64,000 bases of DNA from an uncultured Spirochaetota bacterium (GTDB lineage Bacteria > Spirochaetota > Spirochaetia > SZUA-6 > Fen-1364). Made by a program: the position numbers and the translations under genes. Below the pieces are notes generated by a model, which was given only the letters and a program-made list of their open reading frames with translations, ran no database searches and was not told the DNA's origin. Where the stretch lies: the NCBI GenBank assembly GCA_963745235.1, contig CAVUXE010000053.1, positions 298,404 to 362,403 of the forward strand, read 5' to 3'. Positions 19,524 through 28,996 of the stretch are shown here, piece by piece. How positions within the stretch are numbered: the stretch's first letter is position 1; every line of letters starts with the position of its first letter.

Positions 19524-21117
19524 ATGACCCGCTCTCCCCGCATGATCAGAAACCCTGTGCTCCGGGGTTTCTGCCCGGATCCCTCCATCTTGCGAGTAGG
19601 GGACGACTATTACATTGCCACCTCAACGTTTGAATGGTTCCCCGGCGTCTGCGTGTATCATTCCCGCGACCTGGAGCACTGGCGCATCGTCTCCCGTCCG
19701 CTTGACCGGACGAGTCTCCTCGACATGAGAGGAGATCCGAACTCGGGAGGAGTCTGGGCTCCGTGCCTGAGCTGGGTGGAAGGCCGGTTCCACATCGTGT
19801 ACACGGACATGAAGCGCTGGACGGGACAGATCAAAGACTGCCACAACTACCTCACCACGGCGCCGACAATCGAAGGTCCTTGGACCGACCCAGTCTATCT
19901 GAACAGCTCCGGGTTCGACGCGTCTCTGTTCCACGACACAGATGGCCGTTCCTGGCTGACGAACGTGCTCTGGGACTACCGGCCTTCCCACAACCCCTTC
20001 GGCGGAATCGTGCTCCAGGAGTACTGCCGCAAAGACAGCCGCCTGGTCGGCGAACCGCAGCGCATCTTCTCGGGGACGCAGTTGGGGCTGGTGGAGGGGC
20101 CGCACCTCTACCGCCGGGGAAACTGGTACTACCTGGTGACGGCGGAAGGAGGGACCTTTGCAACGCACGCGGTGAGCGTTGCAAGATCTGCGACAATTCA
20201 AGGCCCCTTCGAGGTCATGCCGGGAAATCCCCTCCTCACCTCCGCGCATGATCCGTCCCTGGACCAGCAGAGCGCCGGCCACGGGAGCCTGGTTGAGACG
20301 CAGGACGGCGAATGGGTTCTTGCGCACCTGGTCCGCCCGGCCCCGCGCAAAAGGCAGGTCCATCCTCGGGCGGGAGACCGCGCTGCAGCTTCTTGAATGG
20401 ACCCCGGACGGCTGGCCCCGACTCACGCGCGGCGGCCGGGCCCCGGCGGACACCTTCCCTGCTCCCGACCTGCCGGCCTGCCCATGGGAACCGGAGAAAT
20501 CCGTCTATCATTTCGATGAGCCGGTCCTGGGCAAGCCTTACCAGTCCCTGCGGATTCCGCTGGACAACTCCTTGATGAGCCTGACGGAACGGCCGGGCTT
20601 CCTGCGATTGAAAGGGGCGGAAAGCATCTTTTCCAACTTCCGGCAATCCCTGGTGGGTAGGCGGATTGCCTCCTTCCGGGTCCGGGCGGCGACATGCGTG
20701 GAGTTCCAGCCCCGGTCATTCCAGAACCTCGCGGGACTGGCGGCGTTCTACAGCACGGAAAGCTTCTACTATCTTTACATCACTCGGTCCGCTCACGCTT
20801 CCAAGTGCCTGGGCCTCATGCAGTGTGAGCGCGGTCTGCTTTCTTTTGCGGTGGAAAAGGAAGTCCCTGTCGAAAACTGGAATCGGGTTCACCTGAGCTT
20901 CGCGCTTGACCATGAGAGGCTTCAATTCTCTTTTTCCCCGGACGGCGCGGCATGGACAAAGATCGGCTGGGAGATGGACGCATCCATCCTCTCCGACGAG
21001 CACGCCAATCCGTGCGGTTTCACTGGCGCTTTCGTGGCCTTGTGCTGCCAGGATCTGACAGGCCACGGCCTTCACGCGGACTTCGATTTCCTGGAGTACG
21101 TAGAGCTCGACAGCTAG
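19524..21117 (+). CDS. xynB: GH43 beta-xylosidase/arabinofuranosidase, one frameshift near 20330
   Basis: NPVLRGFCPDPSI, SGGVWAP, GFDASLF, EGPHLY; the C-terminal half (LGRETA...GFTGAFV) is in ORF 20179..21117. Confidence 0.88.
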
Positions 21118-21125
21118 CAGACAGC

Positions 21126-21497
21126 CTACGAAACGTGCAGATTGCCCGCGCGACGCAGCGATTGAGATTCGTGGAGCTTGTGTGTGAAGTTCTGTATCTC
21201 GCGAAGCACGGCCAGGAGCCCTTTGCCCATCTCGCTCAGCGAATACGTGACGGATTGCCGGTCGAAAGTGGCCTCCCTCCTGTCCAGCATCCCCGATGAC
21301 TCGAGGTGCTTGAGGCGCTTGGTCAGCGTCACCGAATTGGCATCCCCCAGGGCGCGCTGCAGCTCGGTGAACCGCAGCTCACCGGAACGCAGAAAATCTA
21401 TGATCCGCAGGGTCGTGTAGTCTCCGAGGAGCTTCAGGATCTCAGCCTGGCAGTGCTCCTCCGGAGAGCCGTTCCTGCGGCCGGTCGTCTCCTTCAT
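21126..21497 (-). CDS. HxlR (MarR/DUF24) winged-helix regulator
   Basis: HCQAEILKLLGD, LRFTELQR, TLTKRLKHLE, VTYSLSEMG; divergent from an oxidoreductase gene. Confidence 0.9.
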   Translation of the reverse strand: MKETTGRRNGSPEEHCQAEILKLLGDYTTLRIIDFLRSGELRFTELQRALGDANSVTLTKRLKHLESSGMLDRREATFDRQSVTYSLSEMGKGLLAVLREIQNFTHKLHESQSLRRAGNLHVS

Positions 21498-21582
21498 GGA
21501 GACAAATATACCGCATCTCTGCAAAAAAGTGTTGCCTAAGAAAATTAAGCACTATATCTTATGAAGCAGTTAAGGAGACGAT

Positions 21583-22518
21583 ATGAAAGCGGTTCAGATC
21601 TCACAGTATGGCGATGCAGGTGTTCTCACCGTGGCGACGGATGCCCCGAAACCCGCGGTCGGTGACGGCAAGGTCCTCCTGGAGGTGCATGCGGCAAGCA
21701 TCAACCCGGTGGACAGCATGATCCGCCTGGGGTACATGGCGAAAATGGCGCCCCTTTCCTTCCCTGCCACGCTGGGTACGGATGTGGCCGGCGTGGTGGT
21801 GGAGGTGGGGTCCGGCGCGGGGGACTTCAAGAAGGGAGACAAGGTGTTCGGCATGGCGAGCCTCCTGGCGGGGGCCAGCGGCGCGTTCGCCCAATATGCA
21901 ACTGTCCCGGCGGGCCTGCTGGCGCGGATCCCCGCTGGTCTTGACTTCACGCAGGCAGCCGCCCTGCCGCTCACCGGGGTGAGCGCGCTGGAAGTCATCG
22001 ATGAGAAGTTGAAGGCGGGAAAAGGCAGCAGGATCCTGATTCACGGCGGAGCGGGCGGGATCGGGACAATCGCAATCCAACTGGCAAAACACCGGGGAGC
22101 TTTTGTCGCGACCACCGTCTTTGGGGACGCCGTGGACTACGTGCGGGAGCTGGGCGCGGGCACGGTGATCGACTTCCAGAAGGAAGCGTTCGAAAAAGTC
22201 CTGAGCGGATACGACTTCGTCTTCGACACGGTTGCCGGGGAAACCTACAAGAAGTCATTTGCCGTGCTGAAGCGGGGAGGGACCATCATCTCCATGCTGG
22301 AGCAGCCGGATGCGGAGCTCGCCGCGAAATATGGCGTCACGGCCCTTTATCAAATGACGCAGGTCACCACTGCGAGGCTCAATTCCCTTGCGGAGCTTGT
22401 GAAGAACAAGACCGTCACGGTGCACGTGGACCGGGTCTTCCCCGTGGAAAAGGTGAAGGAGGCTTTCCTTGCAAGGGAAGGCGGAAAAGTGCGCGGCAAA
22501 GTCGTTCTGAGCCTATGA
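21583..22518 (+). CDS. NADP-dependent quinone oxidoreductase-like MDR protein
   Basis: AASINPVD, LGTDVAGVV, ILIHGGAGGIG, GKVVL. Confidence 0.9.
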   Translation: MKAVQISQYGDAGVLTVATDAPKPAVGDGKVLLEVHAASINPVDSMIRLGYMAKMAPLSFPATLGTDVAGVVVEVGSGAGDFKKGDKVFGMASLLAGASGAFAQYATVPAGLLARIPAGLDFTQAAALPLTGVSALEVIDEKLKAGKGSRILIHGGAGGIGTIAIQLAKHRGAFVATTVFGDAVDYVRELGAGTVIDFQKEAFEKVLSGYDFVFDTVAGETYKKSFAVLKRGGTIISMLEQPDAELAAKYGVTALYQMTQVTTARLNSLAELVKNKTVTVHVDRVFPVEKVKEAFLAREGGKVRGKVVLSL

Positions 22519-23138
22519 CACGGACGACCCCCGTGTTCACGACCCCCGCTTCGGAGCAGGCGCTCCAGCGGGTGGTCATAGGGCTCAAAGGGCGCAACGT
22601 GGAGGCGGTGATCGTCGACACAGCCGACGAAGCGCGAAGACTCGTGTCGGAGAGGCTGCCCCAGGGGGCGGAGGTCTATTCCGGCAAGTCGAAGACACTG
22701 CAGGACGCCGGGATCATGGACATGGTCCAGGATCCGCGCACCTACGATGCGCTTCGGCCGCGCTTGCTGAAAATGGACCGGCAGACGCAGGCCCGTGAGA
22801 TCCGCAAGCTGATCGCGGCCCCGGATTTCATGCTGGGGAGCGTGAACGCCGTCACCGAAGACGGCATCCTGGTTGCCGCCTCGGCGACGGCAAGCCAGCT
22901 CGGTCCGTACGCCTATACGTCAGGGAAATTGATCCTGGTGATAGGAAGTCAGAAAGTCGTGCCCGACCTGGAAACGGCGCTGCGACGGATCAGAGAATAC
23001 GTTCTCCCATGGGAGGACCAGCAGGTGCGCGCGCTGGTTCCGACCGGATCATTCGTCGGGAAGATCCTGATCATCGAGCGGGAGTGGATCACCGGCCGCG
23101 TGGAGGTGATCCTCGTGCGGAATCCGATCGGGATGTAG
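22515..23138 (+). CDS. LUD (LutC/YkgG-like) domain protein
   Basis: SVNAVTEDG, GSQL, LVIGSQKVVPDL..A..RI motifs. Confidence 0.8.
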   Translation: MTRTTPVFTTPASEQALQRVVIGLKGRNVEAVIVDTADEARRLVSERLPQGAEVYSGKSKTLQDAGIMDMVQDPRTYDALRPRLLKMDRQTQAREIRKLIAAPDFMLGSVNAVTEDGILVAASATASQLGPYAYTSGKLILVIGSQKVVPDLETALRRIREYVLPWEDQQVRALVPTGSFVGKILIIEREWITGRVEVILVRNPIGM

Positions 23139-23167
23139 GAGCGTACGTCGTGTGAGGAGGGCCCATC

Positions 23168-23554
23168 ATGGCTTCACGAGCTGAGTACATTCCCGGCGTC
23201 TGCAACATCGGGGCGGCTGAAATCACCAGACGCATCAGGGGCGGGTGGACAGGGCTTGCCGTGACCGTCGTTCTCTGGGCGGTTTTCTTCGTCTTCCGTG
23301 TCCCCGGTCCCTGGAGATTGTTTCTTTTCCTTCCGGCAGCAACTGGCGCCGCCGGCTTTCTCCAGGCCGCCTTCCATTTCTGCGCCAATTTCGGGATGCG
23401 CGGAGTATTCAACTTCGGCCCCGAGGCGGGAAAGACAGACACCGTAGAGCAGGCTGAGTTCAGGCGCAAGGACCGCAGGAAGGCGGGCCTGATCTCGCTT
23501 GCCTCGGCGCTGATCGGAATTGTGATAGCCGTTGCGGGGTTCCTGGTTCCCTAG
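23168..23554 (+). CDS. Small Cys-containing membrane protein
   Basis: GGAGG RBS; three hydrophobic helices; YIPGVCNIG..EI.RR and FCANFG motifs. Confidence 0.7.
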   Translation: MASRAEYIPGVCNIGAAEITRRIRGGWTGLAVTVVLWAVFFVFRVPGPWRLFLFLPAATGAAGFLQAAFHFCANFGMRGVFNFGPEAGKTDTVEQAEFRRKDRRKAGLISLASALIGIVIAVAGFLVP

Positions 23555-24858
23555 ATGTACCCCACGGCCTTCGCCTTTGCGGCGAGGTCCCCCCGGAAGT
23601 CGGGGTGCGCAACCGAGATCAGCTCTCGAACACGCTCGCGCACCGTGCGGCCGCGGAGACGCGCAATGCCGTGCTCGGTCACAACGATGTCGACGTTGGA
23701 CCTGTGCAGCGTCACGGCGGTGCCTTCGGGGAGTGTAGGTACTATTGTGGATACTTTCCCCCCCTTCGCGGTGCTGTAGCACGCAATGATCGATTTGCCC
23801 GCCCCGTCCAGCCCTTCGACGGAACCGATTGCCGTATCAGATTGACCGCCTGTCCCCGAATACTGGGTCGTGCCAATGGATTCACTGGCAACCTGTCCGG
23901 TGAGGTCGACCATGAGGCACGTGTTGACGGACACCATCCTGGTGTTCTGCCGTATGACCGCGGGGTCATTGACCCATCTCCCGCGCTCGAACTGAACGGC
24001 CACATTGTCATCCAGCCAGTCGTAGAGCTTGCGTGATCCCATCGCGAAGCAGCAGACGAACTTCCCCTTGAGGAGCCCCTTGCACTGGTTGGTGAGGACT
24101 CCCATCTCGTACAGCTCCATCATGGAGTCCACCATCATCTCCGTGTGGACCCCCAGGTTGTGCTTTTCCCGCAGGGCAAGCGCGGCCGCGTTGGGGATTC
24201 CGCCGATTCCCAGCTGAATGGTGCTGCCGTCCTCCACGAGCTCTGCGATGTGTCCGCCGATGGCGAGGTCCGTCTCCGAGGGAGACGGGGAGGGGAGGGA
24301 CGGCACTTCCTGGTCGTGCTCCACAAAAAGGTCCGCGGCGGAGACGTGCACCTGCGTGTCCCCGAACGTGCGCGGAAGCCGCGGATTCACTTCCAGGACG
24401 ACGGTCCCGGCCGCTTCGATGACGTCCTTCTCATAGGTGATCCCGAGGGAAAGGGAGACGTACCCATGGCCGTCGGGCGGAGTGCAGGTGCCAAAGAAGA
24501 CGTCCGGGCTGTGCGCGTGGATCCGGTCAAGGGCGGCGCGATGGAGCATGTTCGGCACGTACGTCACCGTCCCGGTTCCCGCCCGAAGCGCCTCCCGCGA
24601 CCCGGGGGCATGGAACCAGGAGGCAAGCTCGAAGTGCCCGCGCATCTCGGGCCGCATGTAGAAATCATACGGCTTGAGCGTGAGCACGGAGAAGACCCGC
24701 ACATCCTCCACCCTGTCCGCCACGATATGGAATCGGGACATGCAGCCCTGGGGCTCCGAGGCGCATTGCGCCACGATGACGTCGTTGCCGCTTTGAATCC
24801 GGCAGACCGCCGTGTCGATGTCGACGAGCTTCTTTTTGTACTCGTCTTTCCACTGCAT
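23551..24858 (-). CDS. Acetyl-CoA hydrolase/CoA-transferase (4-hydroxybutyrate CoA-transferase-like)
   Basis: QLGIGGIP, LGVHTEM (catalytic Glu), VDLTGQVASESIG, SGTGGQ, VVTEHGIA; RBS AGGAGG before ATG 24858. Confidence 0.92.
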   Translation of the reverse strand: MQWKDEYKKKLVDIDTAVCRIQSGNDVIVAQCASEPQGCMSRFHIVADRVEDVRVFSVLTLKPYDFYMRPEMRGHFELASWFHAPGSREALRAGTGTVTYVPNMLHRAALDRIHAHSPDVFFGTCTPPDGHGYVSLSLGITYEKDVIEAAGTVVLEVNPRLPRTFGDTQVHVSAADLFVEHDQEVPSLPSPSPSETDLAIGGHIAELVEDGSTIQLGIGGIPNAAALALREKHNLGVHTEMMVDSMMELYEMGVLTNQCKGLLKGKFVCCFAMGSRKLYDWLDDNVAVQFERGRWVNDPAVIRQNTRMVSVNTCLMVDLTGQVASESIGTTQYSGTGGQSDTAIGSVEGLDGAGKSIIACYSTAKGGKVSTIVPTLPEGTAVTLHRSNVDIVVTEHGIARLRGRTVRERVRELISVAHPDFRGDLAAKAKAVGYI

Positions 24859-24869
24859 ATTCCGCCTCC

Positions 24870-25880
24870 TTAGAGCATGATCAGGTTTGCCCCGACCGCC
24901 AGGCCCGCGCCGGAAGCGACAAGGACCAGCGCGTCTCCCTTCTTCACCGTGCCTTCGCCCCGGGCCGTGTGCAGGGCCATGGGGACGCATGCGGACCCCG
25001 TGTAACCGTAACGGTCCATGACGCAGGTCGTCTTGCGGACGGGAAGCCCGAGGATCCCCATGACCTCGTGGATGACCGACCTGTTGATCTGCGTGAAAAG
25101 GAGGTGGTCCACCTGCTCCAGGGGCCATCCGGCCTTGTCCAGGAGCCGGTGCACGAGGGGCGGCCAGAGCTTCACGTTGCGGTCTCCCGGGAGCTTCTGC
25201 AGCAGCTCCAGCCCCCAGGTCCCGGCCTCTAGGATCTCCCGCGTGATCGGCGTGCGGGTGCCGCCGGCATAGACGCCGACGTAGTTCCATTGCGTACCGT
25301 CGGCCTTGAGAACTCCTTCCACGTATCCACGGGAGCCATCGCGATCCTCCCGGCGGAGCAGGACCGCGCCGGCCCCGTCAGCGAAGATGGTCCAGCCGAA
25401 CTCGTCGCCCGGCCGCAGGTAGGCCGGCATGTTGTAGACGCCGACCACGAGGGCGTAGCGAATCGAAGGATCAGTCATCATCATCCGTGCCACGGCGTCC
25501 AGCGCCGTCACGAAGCTCGCGCAGGAGGCGCCGACGTCGAAGGCCCCGGATTCCATTTCCCCGCCTTGCAGTCTTCCCTGGAGAAGGATCGAGGTGGCCG
25601 GAGAGATATGCTCAGGGGTGTCCGTGGCGACGACAAAGAGGTGCACCTCGCTTGCCGCCACCCCCGCGTCACGGAGGGCCGCCCGGGCAGCTTTCTCCGC
25701 AAAGTCCGCCGTGGATTCGCGGATGCCGCGCAGCCTCGCGATGTGCCTGGCCCGGATGCCGATTTTCGATTCCAGCCGCCCCGCGTCGAAGGAGATGCCC
25801 GTCAGGCGCGCGAGCTCCTGGTTGTCGATCGGATCACCCGGCACATAGAGCCCGGTCCCGACGATTCGCGCCGTGGCCAT
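24870..25880 (-). CDS. 3-oxoacyl-ACP synthase III (FabH-like) protein with a non-canonical triad
   Basis: DVGASCASF (Cys), FADGAGA; FTQIN in place of HQAN; YGYTGSAC in place of GNT. Confidence 0.85.
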   Translation of the reverse strand: MATARIVGTGLYVPGDPIDNQELARLTGISFDAGRLESKIGIRARHIARLRGIRESTADFAEKAARAALRDAGVAASEVHLFVVATDTPEHISPATSILLQGRLQGGEMESGAFDVGASCASFVTALDAVARMMMTDPSIRYALVVGVYNMPAYLRPGDEFGWTIFADGAGAVLLRREDRDGSRGYVEGVLKADGTQWNYVGVYAGGTRTPITREILEAGTWGLELLQKLPGDRNVKLWPPLVHRLLDKAGWPLEQVDHLLFTQINRSVIHEVMGILGLPVRKTTCVMDRYGYTGSACVPMALHTARGEGTVKKGDALVLVASGAGLAVGANLIML

Positions 25881-25891
25881 ACGCCCTCCTT

Positions 25892-27025
25892 TCAATCCAG
25901 CCAGTCGGAGAACCCCCGCGAAAGGTAGCCCCCGATGGCTTCCACCGCCGCACGCGCGTTCAACGGAGTCATTTCGAAGGCGGCTTCGATGCCGGAATAA
26001 TGGGCTATGCCGAGGAGGAACTCGATTGCCGTCCCCTGGTCGGCATCACCGTTGCCTTCGGGGTTCTTTCGGTACCCGTCCACGAAATGGCCGTAGTATT
26101 CCCGCACGGCCGCGGGGAGCACGAACTCCGCCTCGCGCACGATGGGATAGCAGTCCCTGTCCAGGGTGAGGTACACGAGCCAGAGCCACAGGCCCCGCAG
26201 CTCGCGCTCCAGCCGGTTGAGGGGAGAGCCATCGCTCGCCGCTATATTGCGGGAGATGAAGGAGCGCACGTCGTGGCTCAGCATGCGGATGAGCTCCGCG
26301 AAGTACGTCTCCTTGGACTCGAAGTGGCTGTAGAAGGCGCCGACGGACAGCTCGGCCAGGTCGGTGATCTCGTGGATATTCGTCTCGAAGAAGCCCTTTT
26401 CGCCAAAGAGCCGCTTGCCCGAACGGAGGAGCCGCTCGCGGGCATTCGCCTCCAGCGCGACGGGGTGGGGAGTGGCGGTCCCCCCGAAAACCCTGGTGGC
26501 GTCGAAGGTCATTCCGCGGAAAAGGCCCCTGCAGAGGATCTCGGGGAGGTCCTCGAACCGAATGACCACGCCGTGAAGGGCGCTTCGAATGGCGCAGAAG
26601 CGCAGTCCACCGAGAGCAAACAGATACTCGGCCAGCCCGATCTCCCGTCCGAGGGCGAAGCTCAGGCTCTGCTGGTAGATCGCCATCAGCCTTCGTTCGT
26701 ACTCGAAGAAGCGGTATTGCCCTTCACGAAACACGGCGACGAGCCGCGAGTGGTCGCAAGAGAAGCTGACGACCGCCCGGGCAAGAGACTGGATGCGATC
26801 TGTCTTGCACGAGCCTCCCGGCGCGGACACGGCGTTTCGGATCATTTGCAGCACCTGCTCGAGGATCCTTCGAAAGAGCGCCTCCTTGCCGTCGAAATAC
26901 CGGTAGAAAACGCCATTGGAAAGCCCGGCTCCCCGACAGATGGCGGCGACCGACACGGTTCCGTACCACTTATGCGAGAACAGCTCAACTGCTGACTCGA
27001 TCAAGCGATCTTCGGTGCCCGGCAT
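25892..27025 (-). CDS. Tandem double TetR-family regulator
   Basis: Two HTH motifs: VAAICRGAGLSNGVFYRYFDGKE and IHEITDLAELSVGAFYSHFESKE. Confidence 0.9.
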   Translation of the reverse strand: MPGTEDRLIESAVELFSHKWYGTVSVAAICRGAGLSNGVFYRYFDGKEALFRRILEQVLQMIRNAVSAPGGSCKTDRIQSLARAVVSFSCDHSRLVAVFREGQYRFFEYERRLMAIYQQSLSFALGREIGLAEYLFALGGLRFCAIRSALHGVVIRFEDLPEILCRGLFRGMTFDATRVFGGTATPHPVALEANARERLLRSGKRLFGEKGFFETNIHEITDLAELSVGAFYSHFESKETYFAELIRMLSHDVRSFISRNIAASDGSPLNRLERELRGLWLWLVYLTLDRDCYPIVREAEFVLPAAVREYYGHFVDGYRKNPEGNGDADQGTAIEFLLGIAHYSGIEAAFEMTPLNARAAVEAIGGYLSRGFSDWLD

Positions 27026-27040
27026 CAGACCGTCCGATCC

Positions 27041-27183
27041 GTGAGAGCCGATTCACTCACAACCGTCATCCTATCCTATCTATTGCGCAAAAACAATAGA
27101 AAAGTTGCCATTGTTAGATCAAATAGAGCTTGACAACTCGACATGTGTGCAATAAGAATGGTGAGAGGCGATTCGGTTGTCAC
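27041..27183. promoter_or_regulatory. Divergent control region with a sigma70 promoter and candidate operators
   Basis: TTGACA at 27130, N17, TAAGAA; GTGAGAG.CGATTC at 27041 and 27161; inverted repeat TCTATTG-N8-CAATAGA at 27079-27100. Confidence 0.6.
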
Positions 27184-27204
27184 TGGAGAAAAGGGGCACC
27201 GCAG

Positions 27205-28212
27205 ATGCATGTCGGCATCATTGGGCACGGCACCTGGCTTCCATCCACTTTCATGAGCGCGGAGGATATCTCTGCGGCAACCGGCATTCCACAAGATGTC
27301 ATCGCCTTGAAGTTCGGCGTCAGGCGCAAGCCGGTTTCCTCTCCCGGTGAGACCACCGCCGCCCTGGGTCTCCATGCCGCGCGACGCGCCCTCGCTGACG
27401 CGGGTATTTCCGGCTCAGAGGTGGACCTGGTGATCTGGTGCGGCGCACAGCACAAGGACTATCCGTGCTGGCTTGCCGGCCTTTATGTAGCAGACCAGAT
27501 TGGCGCGAAAAACGCGTGGAGCTTCGACATGGAGGCCATGTGCGGTTCCATGATGGCCGCGCTGGATATCGCAAAATCCCTCATCATTGCGCGGGGGGAC
27601 CTGGAAACGGTGCTTCTCGTTTCCGGGTACAGGAACAATGATCTCATCGACCTGAAAGAGCCTGCCACCCGGTTCATGCTCGACATCGGATCCGGCGCCT
27701 CGGCCCTGGTCCTGAGAAAGAATGCCGGACGAAACGCGGTCCTCGCTTCGGCATTTCGCGGGGACGGATCCTTCTCCGAGATGTGCGTCGTACCGACCCT
27801 GGGCTCGAGGGCATGGCCTCCGTCCCCGGGGGATGAATCGCGCGCCCATTTCATCGTGCCTGACGAGGAAGCGTTCAAGAAGAAGCTGAACGATCTGACT
27901 CTTCCCAACTTCTATGCGGTCATCCGGGAGTCTCTCCAGCGCTCGGGGGCCCGGGCAATAGACTATCTTGCGATCCTTCATTTCAAACGCAGCGCTCATG
28001 GCGCGGTGCTCAAGGAGCTCGGCCTCGGGCCGGCCAACACAACCTACCTGGAAGACTACGGCCACCTGGGGCAGAACGACCAGGTCCTCTCCCTGGAGCT
28101 GGGGCTGGCCGCAGGCAAGGTTCGTGACGGCTCCACGGTGGTCTTTGTGGGCGCGGGCCTGGGATTCGTCTGGGCAGCGACAGTGATCACGTGGGGACCC
28201 TTCAAGGAATAG
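27205..28212 (+). CDS. 3-oxoacyl-ACP synthase III family protein (Cys-His-His)
   Basis: DMEAMCGS, LAILHFKRSAH, EDYGHLGQND, GAGLGFVWAA. Confidence 0.88.
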   Translation: MHVGIIGHGTWLPSTFMSAEDISAATGIPQDVIALKFGVRRKPVSSPGETTAALGLHAARRALADAGISGSEVDLVIWCGAQHKDYPCWLAGLYVADQIGAKNAWSFDMEAMCGSMMAALDIAKSLIIARGDLETVLLVSGYRNNDLIDLKEPATRFMLDIGSGASALVLRKNAGRNAVLASAFRGDGSFSEMCVVPTLGSRAWPPSPGDESRAHFIVPDEEAFKKKLNDLTLPNFYAVIRESLQRSGARAIDYLAILHFKRSAHGAVLKELGLGPANTTYLEDYGHLGQNDQVLSLELGLAAGKVRDGSTVVFVGAGLGFVWAATVITWGPFKE

Positions 28213-28220
28213 GAGACGTC

Positions 28221-28958
28221 ATGCGTCTGGATGGAAAAGTGTGCATGGTCACCGGCGGCGCCCGGGGGATCGGCAAAGGGGTGGTGGAGACATTCGTCAG
28301 GGAAGGGGCTCGGCGCGTCTGGGCCCTGGACGTGAACGAGAGCGAGCTCGCCGCGCTTGAAAAAGGCGCCCTTTCCGTCACGGGCGTCGCCGTGGATGTG
28401 ACGAGCTCCGCCGCGGTGAACGCCGTTGTGGAGCGCGTCAGGACCGAGTCAGGCGGAATAGACGTCCTTGTGAACAACGCCGGCATAACGCGGGATGCAA
28501 TGATCCACAAGATGAGCGACGCTGATTGGGATGCCGTGGTAAACGTCAACTTAAAAGGCGTGTTCTTCGTGACGCGCGCGGTGGCGCCGCTCATGATGGA
28601 GGCGGGCCGGGGATCCATTGTCAGCATCAGCTCCATCGTGGGCCTTGACGGCAATATCGGGCAGACCAACTACGCCGCGACAAAAGGCGGCGTTGTCGCA
28701 ATGACAAAGGGATGGGCCAGGGAGTTCGTTCGAAAGGGAGCAAAGATACGCGTCAACGCGGTGTCTCCCGGCTACACCCGCACTCCCATGATTGCCTCTG
28801 TGCCTGAGAAGGTCCTGGAGCCCATCATCGCCAGGACACCGCTGGGAAGACTCGCGGAGATCCGCGACATCGCGCATGCGGTCCTTTTTCTTGCCAGCGA
28901 TGAGTCTGAGTTCATCACGGGCCAGGTACTCCGCGTGGACGGCGGCCTGGTCCTGTAG
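28221..28958 (+). CDS. fabG: 3-oxoacyl-ACP/acetoacetyl-CoA reductase (FabG/PhaB-like SDR)
   Basis: TGGARGIG, NNAGITRD, GQTNYAATKGG. Confidence 0.85.
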   Translation: MRLDGKVCMVTGGARGIGKGVVETFVREGARRVWALDVNESELAALEKGALSVTGVAVDVTSSAAVNAVVERVRTESGGIDVLVNNAGITRDAMIHKMSDADWDAVVNVNLKGVFFVTRAVAPLMMEAGRGSIVSISSIVGLDGNIGQTNYAATKGGVVAMTKGWAREFVRKGAKIRVNAVSPGYTRTPMIASVPEKVLEPIIARTPLGRLAEIRDIAHAVLFLASDESEFITGQVLRVDGGLVL

Positions 28959-28996
28959 AGCCGGGGACGCCCAGGCGCCCCAAAAGGAGGAGCGAT

